Of a stretch of DNA of 64,000 nt, positions 29,847-43,800 are shown piece by piece. Made by a program: the position numbers and the translations under genes. This DNA comes from Eledone cirrhosa (lineage: Eukaryota). Each line of letters begins with the position of its first letter. Position 1 is the stretch's first letter. The DNA is taken from NCBI GenBank assembly GCA_964016885.1, contig OZ024749.1, positions 24,676,001 to 24,740,000 of the forward strand, in the 5' to 3' direction. Below the pieces are notes generated by a model. The model did not search any database. It saw only the letters and a list, made by a program, of their open reading frames with translations, and was not told where the DNA came from.

Positions 29847-29884
<38 letters not shown>

Positions 29885-29949
29885 GTATATATATATATAT
29901 ATGTGTGTATATATATATATACACATGTATGTATATATATATATATACG

Positions 29950-29982
<33 letters not shown>

Positions 29983-29985
29983 CTG

Positions 29986-30110
<125 letters not shown>

Positions 30111-30859
30111 CATATATATATATCAACATACGGTCATTTTACTCTATAGCTAAGCATATGTGCATACATGCATATATGCATTATGGATATACTGGGAGCT
30201 CTATCACATTTGCCATTTCTGAAACTATTTCGATACCGACGTTTGATTCATCGTCATGGCATTTACATTCCCTTCGTTAATGTCCTTGGAATATAACATG
30301 AAATATCACAACTGATTATTCTCTGGTGGTTATCCTTTCATTATACTACATCAAACAATTGGCACTATTTATCACACTGCTACATATGATAATTAAATTA
30401 GGATATTAGTAATGATACGACACTTATGTGCTGTTTTATTTTATATTTTGGTTTGTAGTTTTTTTTTCTATGTGAGTAATTGATAAAATGTGTGATTTTT
30501 TGTTCGTCGTTGTGCATATATATATATATATACACAGACACATATATTTATGTGTGTGGGTGAGTGTGTGTGTGTGTGTGTGTATTTGTATATGTTTGTT
30601 TAAGGACATATAGGTTTGCTACAGATTATGCCAACGTTGACACATATATTGCACCACATGACTAGGTATGCTTGCAGAAAGTAACTCACACACACAGACA
30701 ATCACACATACACACACACAGATAATCACACACACACACACACACACAGATAATTACACACACAGATAATCACACACACATATATATATGTATCAAATGA
30801 CATTTATGTATTTATATATATAAACATATATATATATATATATATACAAATGTATATAC

Positions 30860-30896
<37 letters not shown>

Positions 30897-30927
30897 GATG
30901 ACGAGGTGGAGGAGGATAATGATAATA

Positions 30928-30990
<63 letters not shown>

Positions 30991-31559
30991 TATGAATGTT
31001 GCTCACTAACCTTTGCTGACTCATAATATCACAAGGACGCCAGTTACTCGCGTGTGGTGAATCTGGTTGAAAAGAAATGCCAGTAAAGATTTCATGTTTA
31101 GTGCTGTGATATTTGCACAAGAAATCAGTTTAGCTGTTGAAATATCTAAATTGAGAAAGAAAAGTAGCATCATGTTTATGCCATATACGTCAAATATAGA
31201 TGACCTCCATAAAGAAATATCATTACATCGGCAATATTGCCAAAAATATAACGAAATTTAAATTTATATCTGTACATAAAGTGTACAGTTTTCAAGCGTA
31301 TAGAATATAGACATTTACAAATATCATATTTACTCATAATACTACCAAATATAACTATATATATATATATATATATACTTATACGAAATTTAAATTTTTT
31401 TTAATATATCCAAAATGGGATGAAAAATATGAAAAAGAATGTAAAAATACAATTGGAGTTTTTACGAAGTATTAATTACAACAATCTATGAATTCACTGG
31501 TTTCATAGATTTCCTGATTCTCAACAGATAATAAAAAACAGGAGATATGTGTCTATACC

Positions 31560-32752
31560 GAGCTGTAGCATAAGGACACATCTCTCTATCTATCTTACAC
31601 CGCCTGACCGTTGTGCCTTGCCCAAGGGAAACGCTCGCCAAAATGGAGCGCGCACTCTTCCAATTCCTTTGGAAGAAGCGGGCTCCTATGGTGAGGAGAT
31701 CCATCTGCTGTCAACACCCTTCGAAAGGAGGGCTGGGGTTGCCGTGTCTAATGATACGTAAACACGCATTAAGGCTACGGCACCTCCAGGTATTCATCAC
31801 CGGTCAACCGGTGTGGGCCCGTTTGTGAGGCGAGCCTTTCCCAGACTCGTCTCTCTCACCGAGCTGCAATCCTGGGTCAAGCAAAGACCGAGAAAACTGG
31901 GCGCCTGGCACACCGGGTGTGCCCAGGCACTCACGGCTCTCTGGCAGGCGGACCCGGCTGTCAGTGGAGAATCCACCTCGTCATTCTATAGAGGGCTGGT
32001 GGTTAGCAGGTAGGACATTCAGCCGGGGGACTTATGGATAACTTCCAGAGGACCCTGGCCTGGTAGTGCTACCGAGGGGCTCTGCCCGTTCGAGAAAGGC
32101 TCTACAGACACGGGCGCCCGGGTAGGGACCCCTCGAAAAAGATCTGTCCCAGATTCGTGTGCGACGAGGAAACCGTTGCAAACGCATTGGTACACTGCTC
32201 AGGCATTGCCGATATGTGGAGCTATGTCGAACAACTGCTGTCAAGGGTGGGACCGATCCGGTTGACCACCGACTCTATTGTAACGATCAAGCCGCCTTCC
32301 CGTTTCAAAAACGAAGGAGAGACGGTGTTTCTGTGCGTAATAGCCATGACGAAAGAGGTTGTATGGTGGACGCGTCTGAAAGGACTAAGGTCAGACACCT
32401 TTCTCTCTGGCCAACAACTGGTCCGTTTCTTCCGATATCATTTCGGAAGAAGGATCAGGATGGAGAGAGAGGTGCTGCACCCCAGCCGTTTTTATGAAAG
32501 ATGTGTGAAAGTGGCGAGAATGGCCCGTGTGAATGGGCCTTCACTCTGCATCAGACTATAGGTGAAGAAGATAAAAGATCAAGGGAGCACCCCCTCTCTG
32601 TGCTCCTGAGGAGAAGGGTTGCACACTTTTTTCGGGGGTGTGTGCGTCCCCCCAAGGCGCCTCCTCCCTATTGAGGATTTTGTTATTAAATTTATTTTTG
32701 TTATATTTTATTTCATTTTTATATCTTGTTATTGGTGGCAAATAAAAAGAAA
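31560..32752 (+). mobile_element. 5'-truncated Tx1/L1-clade LINE: end of ORF2 and 3' UTR, decayed
   Basis: FLWKKR...SKGGLGLP RT C-terminal motif, a CDEETVANALVHC zinc-knuckle remnant, a GC-rich island and an A-rich end; frameshifts and stops present. Confidence 0.8.
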
Positions 32753-33363
32753 GTTATCTTACTCATCTTGACCTTTGAAAATCATGAAATCATGAAAGCT
32801 ATTATAAATAAGGCTTCATAGAATCTCCAAATGCATTTTCCGTTTCTTTTCCCTATATATATATATATATAGAGAGAGAGATAGATACATATATATCTAG
32901 ATAGATATAGATAGATAGATATCTAGATAGATATAGATAGATAGATATTTAGATATCTAGATAGATATAGATAGATAGATATCTAGATAGATATAGATAG
33001 ATACATACATACAGATGGATATAGATAGATATATACATACAGATGTATACAGATAGATATATAGATACATACATACAGATGGATAGATAGATAGGTATAT
33101 ATACATGATTAACTGTATCGATGGATGTGTAGTGGTAGAGTATAGTAATCTTTATTTCCCTAACAAATGACATTTCTGGACTGCATCTGATTCGTTCTTT
33201 TGAAATTATTCGCAATATTTCATAAAAATTATGAAGTTTTAGTTGTGTAAATGTCAATTCTTTATAATATAAATAAATACACATACACACACATATTTGC
33301 AAACATACAGTTATGGGTGAAAGCAGCGATTCTTTGCATAAACTTTAATCTGTTTTTATAATA

Positions 33364-33399
<36 letters not shown>

Positions 33400-33400
<1 letters not shown>

Positions 33401-34315
33401 GGATTAACAAATAATAGTTAAATGCAGTCCACTTAGGTGAAATCCAGTTATGGTATTCCAGGTAGTGGATGATATTAACGCTTGGCTTGGTTTGACTCAA
33501 CAAGGCGTTTTCATAGTGATGCTGCGGGTATGCTGTAATTCCTATGTTGTAAACACTTGGAGTAATAATAAATCAGGAAAGAAGGTTTACATGGTTTGCT
33601 ATACAAAAAAGTTTTTAATCACATAGCTTACATTTGTTTCACTGAACTGGTCTGTCTAGAGATCGCTAACCGCCTAATTTTGCGTCACTCGATCGCCAAT
33701 ACAGAATTATAATCAGTCAGATCTTCGGAGCATGCGATAATGAAGAAAATACACAGGCAAGAAAAGAAAAGAAAATATGGAGTAGTTATGGCATTCAATT
33801 AAAACAATAACAACAACAATTATTACAACAATGCTATCAATAAACTATTTAAGGAGACCCTGACATTACTTAGGTGGGGGGTATATAATGTATCTAATGT
33901 TACGGCGTGAAAATCAGCTGTCATAAGGCAAAAAGTATCGTAGTGTGTATCAATTTTAAATTATAAAGATAAGCTAGTTTTTACAGTCTTTCTCTTCATC
34001 TTCAACAGTATACATGAGTGGGACCACTGTCAAAGCTCAATAGTTGTAGGATAGCATTGTTGTAATAATTGTTGTTGTTATTGTTCTAATTGAATGCCAT
34101 AACTACTCCATATTTTCTTTTCTTTTCTTGCCTGTGTATTTTCTTCATTCTCGCATGCTCCGAAGATCTGACTGGTTATAATACTGTATTGGCGATCGAG
34201 TGACGCAAAATTAGGCGGATAGCGATCCCTAGACAGACCAGTTCAGTGAAACAAATGTAAGCTATGTGATTAAAAACTTTTTTGTATAGCAAACCATGTA
34301 AACCTTCTTTCCTGA

Positions 34316-34319
<4 letters not shown>
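33400..34319. mobile_element. Family C asymmetric fold-back element
   Basis: 268-bp inverted arms at 33571-33838 and 34050-34317, a 170-bp left extension, and (TA)n on both sides. Confidence 0.9.
34154..34266 (+). ncRNA. Type I hammerhead, family C (U4>C core, long helix II); mirror copy at 33622-33734 on the minus strand
   Basis: CATGCT-CCGAAGA-T-CTGACTGGT...ACCAGTTCAG-T-GAA-AC[AAAT]GT-A-AGCTATG. Confidence 0.7.
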
Positions 34320-34408
<89 letters not shown>

Positions 34409-34416
34409 ATATATAT

Positions 34417-34694
34417 ATTAGAAATTATAAGCTTTCACCGTATTTTAGACTAAAGAAATTTCTAGCCTGATAGTGGTGTTTATAACCCTCGGAGAAATGG
34501 AAAAAGATGAGTGTTGCTGTACATGTACAGCAACACTCGTCTTTTTCCATTTCTCCGAGGGTTATAAACACCACTATCAGGCTAGAAATTTCTTTAGTCT
34601 AAAATACGGTGAAAGCTTATAATTTCTAATTTCTAATTTCAAACTCGCGCACCGTTTCAAAAAACATACTTACATGTTTACGTTTATAATTTGC

Positions 34695-34700
<6 letters not shown>
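34417..34700. mobile_element. Family D: near-perfect 214-bp palindrome plus a 70-bp extension
   Basis: Palindrome centred on GTACATGTAC (34519-34528), with (TA)n on both sides. Confidence 0.9.
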
Positions 34701-34772
<72 letters not shown>

Positions 34773-35269
34773 GAAAGGAATGTTTCTCTTTGTTGAATAT
34801 AAGTCACCAATTTGGTTGAGGCATATAAGTACCAATTTAGCGGAGAAGTATTTAGAGAGTTGTAATGTTGCCACGAGGAACCAGGTTTGGTAGAAAGATA
34901 TGATAGGAATATCGACAACAACTTTAGCTTCGTTTTTCATTATCTATTAACAGAGGTTGAGCTAGCATGCCAAGAGAAATGAAATAATTCAATTAAGATT
35001 ACAAGAGAAAATACGGTCGACTGGCTGAGGCGTTTAGCCAATTCCGTAGTAAAATTGTTGTGTCGTTACATATTGTTTGTGCTGGCGGAGCAAAAGAACA
35101 AGTGGTGTTTACCTTAGCACGGTCTAGCCTGAAGTGATTGCGTCATCAAATCTTTGCGGGCTATTTCTCCCTCAGAACGCGTAGGGATACATCGTTTTCT
35201 ACAGGCCCTGATTGGCTGAGCTGAGCCAAATCACGCACAGAGAATGTATGTGAGCCCGCGGAATGTAGG

Positions 35270-35321
<52 letters not shown>

Positions 35322-35380
35322 TATATATATATATAGTTATATATATATATATATATTCATATAAATATATATTAGCATGC

Positions 35381-35416
<36 letters not shown>

Positions 35417-35435
35417 TATTTATATATATGTATAT

Positions 35436-35628
35436 AACGAAGGAAAAGTGGTAAGGAACCAGGTGTACCATAACGCACCAAAGTACTCAATACTTAGGGT
35501 AGTAGAGTGGGTAATAGGAACAAGTAAGACCCCGACGGCTGAGCTCAAGCCGTTTCGACGGCTAGTCCTGGTCCAGAATTAGCCGTCGAAACGGCTTGAG
35601 CTCAACCGTCGGGATCTTACTTGTTCCT
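35436..35628. mobile_element. Family B fold-back element
   Basis: Extension plus arm at 35436-35570, then an inverted arm ending GTTCCTA-(TA)n. Confidence 0.9.
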
Positions 35629-35734
35629 ATATATGTATATATATATTTATATATATATATATTCCTATAAATATATATTACCATGCATTTATATATATAT
35701 ATATATATATTCATATAAATATATATTAGCATGC

Positions 35735-35790
<56 letters not shown>

Positions 35791-35792
<2 letters not shown>

Positions 35793-36232
35793 GATATTAA
35801 ACAAATGGAAACTATATTTATAGAACCATATTTATTTCGTTATATATATTTCTGGGATATCATATTAAAAATATGTTATGCCTTCCTCAGACAAAATACA
35901 ATACATAAGCTGTTTTATAAATAATTAGTGACATACCTTGTAATAATGCAACTTCCTTTTAAAAAGTTGATTTGGTAGAAGTTGCATTATTACAAGGTAT
36001 GTCACTAATTATTTATAAAACAGCTTATGTATTGTATTTTGTCTGAGGAAGGCATAACATATTTTTAATATGATATCCCAGAAATATATATAACGAAATA
36101 AATATGGTTTTATAAATATAGTTTCCATTTGTTTAATATCGTAAACCTACTCCAGAAACTGTTGAGTGCTTTTATATCAGTTATAAAATATTTACTCATT
36201 GTAACACAACAATCTTAAATAAAACTTTTGCA
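35791..36232. mobile_element. Family A fold-back element with a hammerhead in each arm (35833-35898 minus; 36035-36100 plus)
   Basis: 165-bp near-perfect inverted arms and a 90-bp extension; TATTTTGT-CTGAGGA-AGG...CCA-GAAA-TATATA-TA-ACGAAATA. Confidence 0.9.
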
Positions 36233-36272
36233 TATATAAATATATATATATTTATATTTATATATATATATA

Positions 36273-36414
<142 letters not shown>

Positions 36415-36526
36415 TATATATATATATATATATAACGAAGGAAATGTGGTAAGGAACAAAGTGGACCATAACGCACCAAAGTACTCAATACTTAGGGTAG
36501 TAGAGTGGGTAATAGAAACGTGTAGG

Positions 36527-36622
36527 ACCCCGACGGCTGAGCTCAAGCCGTTTCGACTGCTAATTCTGGACTAAATGATAATTTTTATCCTGGTATATGA
36601 ATAGCCGAGCTTCTCAGGGGGT
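36527..36622 (-). ncRNA. Type I hammerhead, family B, in element 36433-36877
   Basis: Helix I ACCCC/GGGGT, helix III ACGGCT/AGCCGT, GUC site; core CTGAGAA with a C3-A8 mismatch in this copy. Confidence 0.75.
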
Positions 36623-36980
36623 AATTCCATATATGGTAAAAGTCATTGTTACAAGGATTGGTCAAAAGTTTGTAGTTGAGAAACATAATTATATCATGTC
36701 AATTTATGGTAGGAAGGGAGAGCTGAACCTGCCAGTAGAAGAAAGAGGGAGAGGGGGGTGGAGGAAACCCATTCGTGCGTTGATAGTGCCAACTACAGCA
36801 GGGCAGGAGGTCAAGCAAGTATACTAGGGAGGGCGAGGGGGAGGAAGTCAAAACAACAAGTAAAACAATGTGAGGTAAATATATATATATATATATATAG
36901 ATATTCATAAAAATATATATTACCATGCATTTATATATATATATATATGTATATATTCATATAACTATATATTCCCATGC

Positions 36981-37086
<106 letters not shown>

Positions 37087-37107
37087 GCAAGCTAGTATAT
37101 ATTTATA

Positions 37108-37151
<44 letters not shown>

Positions 37152-37191
37152 TGGGAATATATATTTATATGAATATATATATATATATATA

Positions 37192-37369
<178 letters not shown>

Positions 37370-37371
37370 TA

Positions 37372-37409
<38 letters not shown>

Positions 37410-37427
37410 TATGAATATATATTAGCA

Positions 37428-37597
37428 TGGCAGTATCGGTAGAAGGTCGGATGTCATGCTCTGTAGTACAGAGTTACGGCCCTTTATGGTATGAGTTCAA
37501 ATCCCGCCGAGGTTAACTTTGCCTTTCATCCTTACGGGGTCGATAAGTGTAATGCACTGGAATAATTGGTGGCCTTGTGCCAAAAGTTGAAACAATT
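37428..37597 (+). mobile_element. tRNA-derived SINE (9348 family)
   Basis: TGGCAGTATCGG...GAGTTCAAATCCCGCCGAGG...GGCCTTGTGCCAAAA. Confidence 0.85.
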
Positions 37598-37646
37598 ATA
37601 TATATATATATATATATTTATATATACATATATATTAGCATGCATT

Positions 37647-37680
<34 letters not shown>

Positions 37681-37859
37681 TATATATATATATATTCATA
37701 TATATATATATATATATATACATGTATATATATATTCATATAAATATATATTACCATGCATTTATACATATATATATATGTATATATTCATATAAATATA
37801 TATTATCATGCATTTATATATATATATATATATATTCATAGAAATATATATTACCATGC

Positions 37860-37924
<65 letters not shown>

Positions 37925-38650
37925 TATATATGAATATAAATATATATTACCATGCATTTATATATATATATGTGTGTGTGTTGTGTGAATGTATAGATAG
38001 ATAAGTTGGTATGTATGTACATATATTAGCCTATGTTTGCCAGTGTATTTGTAAATAATTTATTATCAAGTTTCAAAAAGAATAATTAATATATTAATAT
38101 ATACTGCGTGGAACAGCAGAGCTTGTTATTCTTCAAAGCGTTATAAATAAACAAAGGTAGTTTGGTGCAAATACTTTCTAAATTCCCATGATGAAAACGA
38201 TAAGATTTTGTAACTGATAGAAAAATATCAAATAGAATATAAAAACTCTATTCATACGTCCTCATACCATCACACTCCATCCTTCTCCGCCGTTGTTCAC
38301 ATCTATGAAAAACGTTTTAGTATTTCATAACACACCATACGCTGTGTGTTGAATATGACAAAATATATTCAGTGCACTTTTAAAATGTGAAAAGGAGTAT
38401 AGATATGAATCTAGACATGTTGTTCTCTTCTATTGTGTATGTTCACAGTTCACTACGTCAATAAATATTTCAAAATCAAAATAAAATGAAAGAAACATTT
38501 TGTTTTGTGAATATAATCACATATATGGCACCACAACAAATTTAACAATAAGGTCGAATCAGTTTAAAATATTATAGATACAAAAACATACACACATAAG
38601 TGCACGCATACATACAGACAAATATACGTACATATCGTATCATACAATAT

Positions 38651-38690
<40 letters not shown>

Positions 38691-39010
38691 CATATATACA
38701 TATATACATATATATATGTATATAAATACTTATACTTATTTATAAAGTATAAGTATTTATACATAAATTGACAGGAAACCTCGATATTCACCATATTATA
38801 CAATAAATAGGAGGCGTATTTACAGAACCGTTCCATCGTCTTACAGAATACTTTGTAGTAGAGTACTACATCCGGCTGTCTGCGATCCCATCAATGTCAA
38901 ATTTCTATTCAGCCATTGGAAGTCGATAAATAAAGTAACAGTATAAAAACTATGGTCGATATTTCGTGAAAAGCTCTTTCTCATGTGGTCTTTCTCTTTC
39001 TCTCTCTTTC

Positions 39011-39083
<73 letters not shown>

Positions 39084-39394
39084 CTCTCTCTCTCTATTTT
39101 TCTTCATGTCTGGATCATTCTCTGAAAGAATAGTCTGATTTAGACCTGGTAAAATTTAGTATCCATCAGGCTTATAATGTACAAACGGCGACATAGTAAA
39201 TTATGACAGCCTCGAATCAGACTTAGGGCAGTCAGCTGGTAAATATTCCCCCTTGGTATATATAACTAAATTACTGTAAAGTGTCATACAGATCACATAT
39301 GTGTTCACGGCTACGTACGTTTCTTTACATATATAGACACATATCACAAATAGCTACATGCACATAAACTGGAAAATATATACATACATTGATA

Positions 39395-39449
<55 letters not shown>

Positions 39450-39504
39450 GTATGTATATATTTTCCAGTCTATGTGAATGTATGTATATATATATATATA
39501 TATA

Positions 39505-40408
39505 TTATATTTTAATTTTAATTATATCTCATATAAAATAATACAACTGGCTTTCCACAAAATACATATAGTTAGCACCCCAAACACAAAATTGGGATTA
39601 TACTAACGCATATCCTAATGTTTGTTGAGTCAGAGTTTAGCTTAAAGCTTTCTCTGTTATTGTATTAAATATTTTACTCTTGATTTGGCCAGAGATTTAT
39701 ATTTACAGATATCTTTTAAACGTAACTTTCAGTATTTATTACTGTTATGAGATATTGTTTGTTATTTAGGTACCACTTCTCTGTTTTTAGTCTAAGAAAA
39801 TATCTATATGCGTGTGTAATTAATACATGCATACATTTATTTTTTTTAAATTAATTGAGTTCTTAAAACGCAGGATTGATAATGTTTTTGAAAAAACTAA
39901 TTAACCCACGTGTATATTATTTTACTTTTCTTGTGACTCGCGATTGCCTCTCTTTTCCGCTTCGTGACGCTATGATATTTCCTCAGTCTAAAGACTGCTG
40001 GAATTTCAAATTTGGCGGTCATTTGATGCGTGAAGGGATGACTCAGCGGAAACGAAAAATAACTGCGGTAAGAAATTTTTTCTTATATCAAAGTTTAATG
40101 GGCATCCACTGATGATTTATAAGTGCCCACCTACATATATTATTACAGAAAAATATGTTAGGCTTCTACATAAACTGGAAACATTCTCCCAACTTGTAGA
40201 AAACTTATAATGAAACAATTGTTTGGAAAGAGAGATATATTTTAATTTTAATTATATCTCATATAAAATAATACAACTGGCTTTCCACAAAATACATATA
40301 GTTAGCACCCCAAACACAAATTGGGATTATACTAACGTATATTCTAATGTTTGTTGAGTGAGATGGTTACCAGTCAGAGTTTAGCTTAAAGCTTTCTCTG
40401 TTATTGTA

Positions 40409-40415
<7 letters not shown>
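39505..40415 (+). mobile_element. Family M terminally redundant unit (730-bp period)
   Basis: A direct repeat of about 165 bp at 39506 and 40236, with (TA)n on both sides. Confidence 0.8.
40105..40227 (+). ncRNA. Type I hammerhead, family M, with an approximately 78-nt helix II loop
   Basis: TCCA-CTGATGA-T-TTATAAGT...ACTTATAA-T-GAA-ACAATTGT-T-TGGA. Confidence 0.8.
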
Positions 40416-40461
<46 letters not shown>

Positions 40462-40463
<2 letters not shown>

Positions 40464-40810
40464 ATTATCCCAGGTTCAATCGGAGCTTCCTGATGATTTC
40501 TCCAGAATGAAACTGTTCTAGTTAATTAAAGGTAATGGAAAAATTCATTTTTTCATTACCATTACAAGGTGTCTGACAAGCCGCGGATAACAGAGTCGGG
40601 TCAGATCGATACAGATCGAACCTTGAGCTGATCAGTGACGAAACGCGCGATAAGAGCCAATAAACGTAATGAAGGAGTAAAAAATCGTCCTAGTTATTTC
40701 ATTTCACTATAATACACTCTGTCTAGCTCTAGACCTCGACACCTAAGTGAACCTAAATATCGAGTACTCACCCGGGTGGGCCTACAGTAGCTCCAAGTTA
40801 CACTCCTTGG
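40462..40810 (+). mobile_element. (TA)n-flanked element with hammerhead-like cores and the extension hairpin (40716-40765)
   Basis: CTGATGAT-TTC..GAA-TGAAACTGTTC (similar sequence at 63845-63878) and GAAACGCGCG; helix I pairing is poor. Confidence 0.5.
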
Positions 40811-40890
40811 ATATATATAGATATATATAGATATATATATATATATAGATATATAGGAAAATACGGCTGAACTGCAGCCGTTTCCACAGG

Positions 40891-40925
<35 letters not shown>

Positions 40926-40928
40926 TAT

Positions 40929-41040
<112 letters not shown>

Positions 41041-41288
41041 GCTGTAAGAATGGCGGTATGTATACTTATTTAGATATATGGTAGATTAAGTGACTTTGAA
41101 CCAGTGCTTAGTTTCAATTGCAACAGCTATTTGTAAATAAACACATGCACGGATATCAAAAGACATACAGAATCGAACAGGCACGGAGGAACAACACTAC
41201 GCGCACACACATTCGCATATATATATATATATGCATATATATATGTATATATATATATGTATCTATATATAGATATATATATGCATTC

Positions 41289-41347
<59 letters not shown>

Positions 41348-41366
41348 TATATATATATATATATGC

Positions 41367-41408
<42 letters not shown>

Positions 41409-41418
41409 GCATATATGC

Positions 41419-41452
<34 letters not shown>

Positions 41453-41493
41453 GCATATATATATATATATATATATATATGCATATATATATA

Positions 41494-41581
<88 letters not shown>

Positions 41582-41599
41582 TATATATATATATATATA

Positions 41600-41663
<64 letters not shown>

Positions 41664-41670
41664 TATATGC

Positions 41671-41708
<38 letters not shown>

Positions 41709-41747
41709 GCATATATATATATATATATATATCAGCATATATATATA

Positions 41748-41851
<104 letters not shown>

Positions 41852-42677
41852 TATATATATATGCATATATATGAATATATATATGCATATATATACATAT
41901 AATATCCAGGCGCATAGTTGTGTGCCTGTGGATGTCTGTAATCATATTTGTTTGCTTTTGCTTCATATACATACATGCATATATATATAGATATACATAC
42001 ACACAGGGAGTGTAATTTGGAATTACAGTAGGTTCACCAGGGTGCGCACTCGATGTGTTAATATATATATATATGTGTATATTATGTGTTTTTATATATA
42101 TATATATGTGTGTATATTATATACATCATTTCACATCGATTTATCTTAACAAGCGGATGATTAGGCCTCATCATATTTATTGAGCAAATTTCACACCGAA
42201 GTAGAACAATGAATGCAATTAGTTGAGATAGTTGTCAACATGCAAAATAATAAAATAATAATTAAAAAAAAAAAGAAGAAATATATTATCCCAGTGAAGA
42301 AATAAGTGATAGGGAAATAGCAATATCGGGGAAACACTGAAAAAAACTAAAAGAATTAAGCGAAAAAAATACAACCGTTTAAGGAGAAAAGGGAGAGGAA
42401 TTATGTGAGTTAAGTCAATTATGTTTGTACCTTTCAGGAAAACTAAATATATTTCGATATTCTCAGAATGAAGGCGATTTATCTTTGTTTGGCATCTTCG
42501 TTATCAGTTATATAATTGCCGTGTTTAATATTATTTAGTTGTGTGGTGTATGTTGTGTGTTCTGTCAATTGTTTGTTGTGTTCTGAAGTGTCTGTTTCTC
42601 TGTTCATATTTTCATAGCTATTGTCGTTGTTGCGTAGTGGCGTATAATTTTGTATATATATATATATATATATATAT

Positions 42678-42935
42678 AGTCAGCTCTAAAGTGAGACAGA
42701 GGAGACTGGCGTTAGCTGGACATGCTCACCGACATCCAGAGTTGATATTGCACTCACTGCTCCTGTGGGAGCTCCTACATGGACACACTGGAAGAGGAAG
42801 ACAAGGTTAACGTATCTTGATGCCCTAAGGACAGATACTGGTCTGTTGGAGACGCAGGACATGGCAGCGATAATGAGGGACAGAGACCGCTGGAGAGAAC
42901 TCGTCCATGGATATCGGGAATTTTACCCGCCCTTG
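42678..42935 (+). mobile_element. RTE-clade LINE 3' fragment
   Basis: [14 protein letters not shown]...LLWE...GRGR and [11 protein letters not shown]...RDRDRWR C-terminal motifs. Confidence 0.75.
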
Positions 42936-42973
42936 ATATATATATATCTGTATATATATATATATCATATGTA

Positions 42974-43196
<223 letters not shown>

Positions 43197-43575
43197 GTTA
43201 TATATATATATATATTATATAGGTATATATATAAATATATATATATATTATATAGGTATATATATATATGTATATATATTATATATGTATATATATATAT
43301 AAATATATATATTTATATATATATTTATATATATATATATATAAATATATATATTTGTTCCTTTAACACCTTGTCCCTTCTACCACTTTATCAATTCTTA
43401 GAATGAGGAATGTTCTAACAACTGACCAATGAGAGGAGAAGAGACCCTTTGACACTGAAATTCGTTTGTTTGAATTCATATGATTCCAGTTCCTCAGTGA
43501 ACTGGGCATATCAGAGTATTGACAATATTATACACCTCAACAGCATATGTATTTGTCTATACCACACTAATTCGG

Positions 43576-43630
43576 ACTGCCTGAAGAAGTCACAGAAAAA
43601 GATGGCTGTCACTGAAATATATATAGCAGT
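43576..43630 (+). ncRNA. Type I hammerhead, family I (element about 43358-43775)
   Basis: ACTGC-CTGAAGA-AGT...ACT-GAAA-TATATA-TA-GCAGT; the 62.2 kb copy has compensatory GGT/ACC. Confidence 0.88.
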
Positions 43631-43800
43631 AATAACAGAAGCTAAATTTTAAACATTTGACTTTTTATTTAACTTTATTTTACATTACTCCGGAGTAACC
43701 AAGCCAATCTGCGCATTTCGTCGAGTGCTCCACCCTGCATACTAGGGTGTTGGTATACAACCAGCATATACTCAAAATCTAAATATATATATATATCATT

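Noticed and set aside
35791-36232. Interpreting the fold-back elements as TA-targeting MITEs
   Set aside because: The arms are asymmetric with variable junctions, contain hammerheads, and match the layout of the coding PLE2.
38845-38866. Possible further bulged hairpin on the minus strand (ACTC-TACT..AGTA-TT-CTGT)
   Set aside because: The closing GAGY is missing, so it was not counted.
43418-43472. Second hammerhead in family I (CTGACCAA...GAAATTCG)
   Set aside because: Both copies have C at position 8, breaking the 3-8 pair, and helix II is unconvincing.
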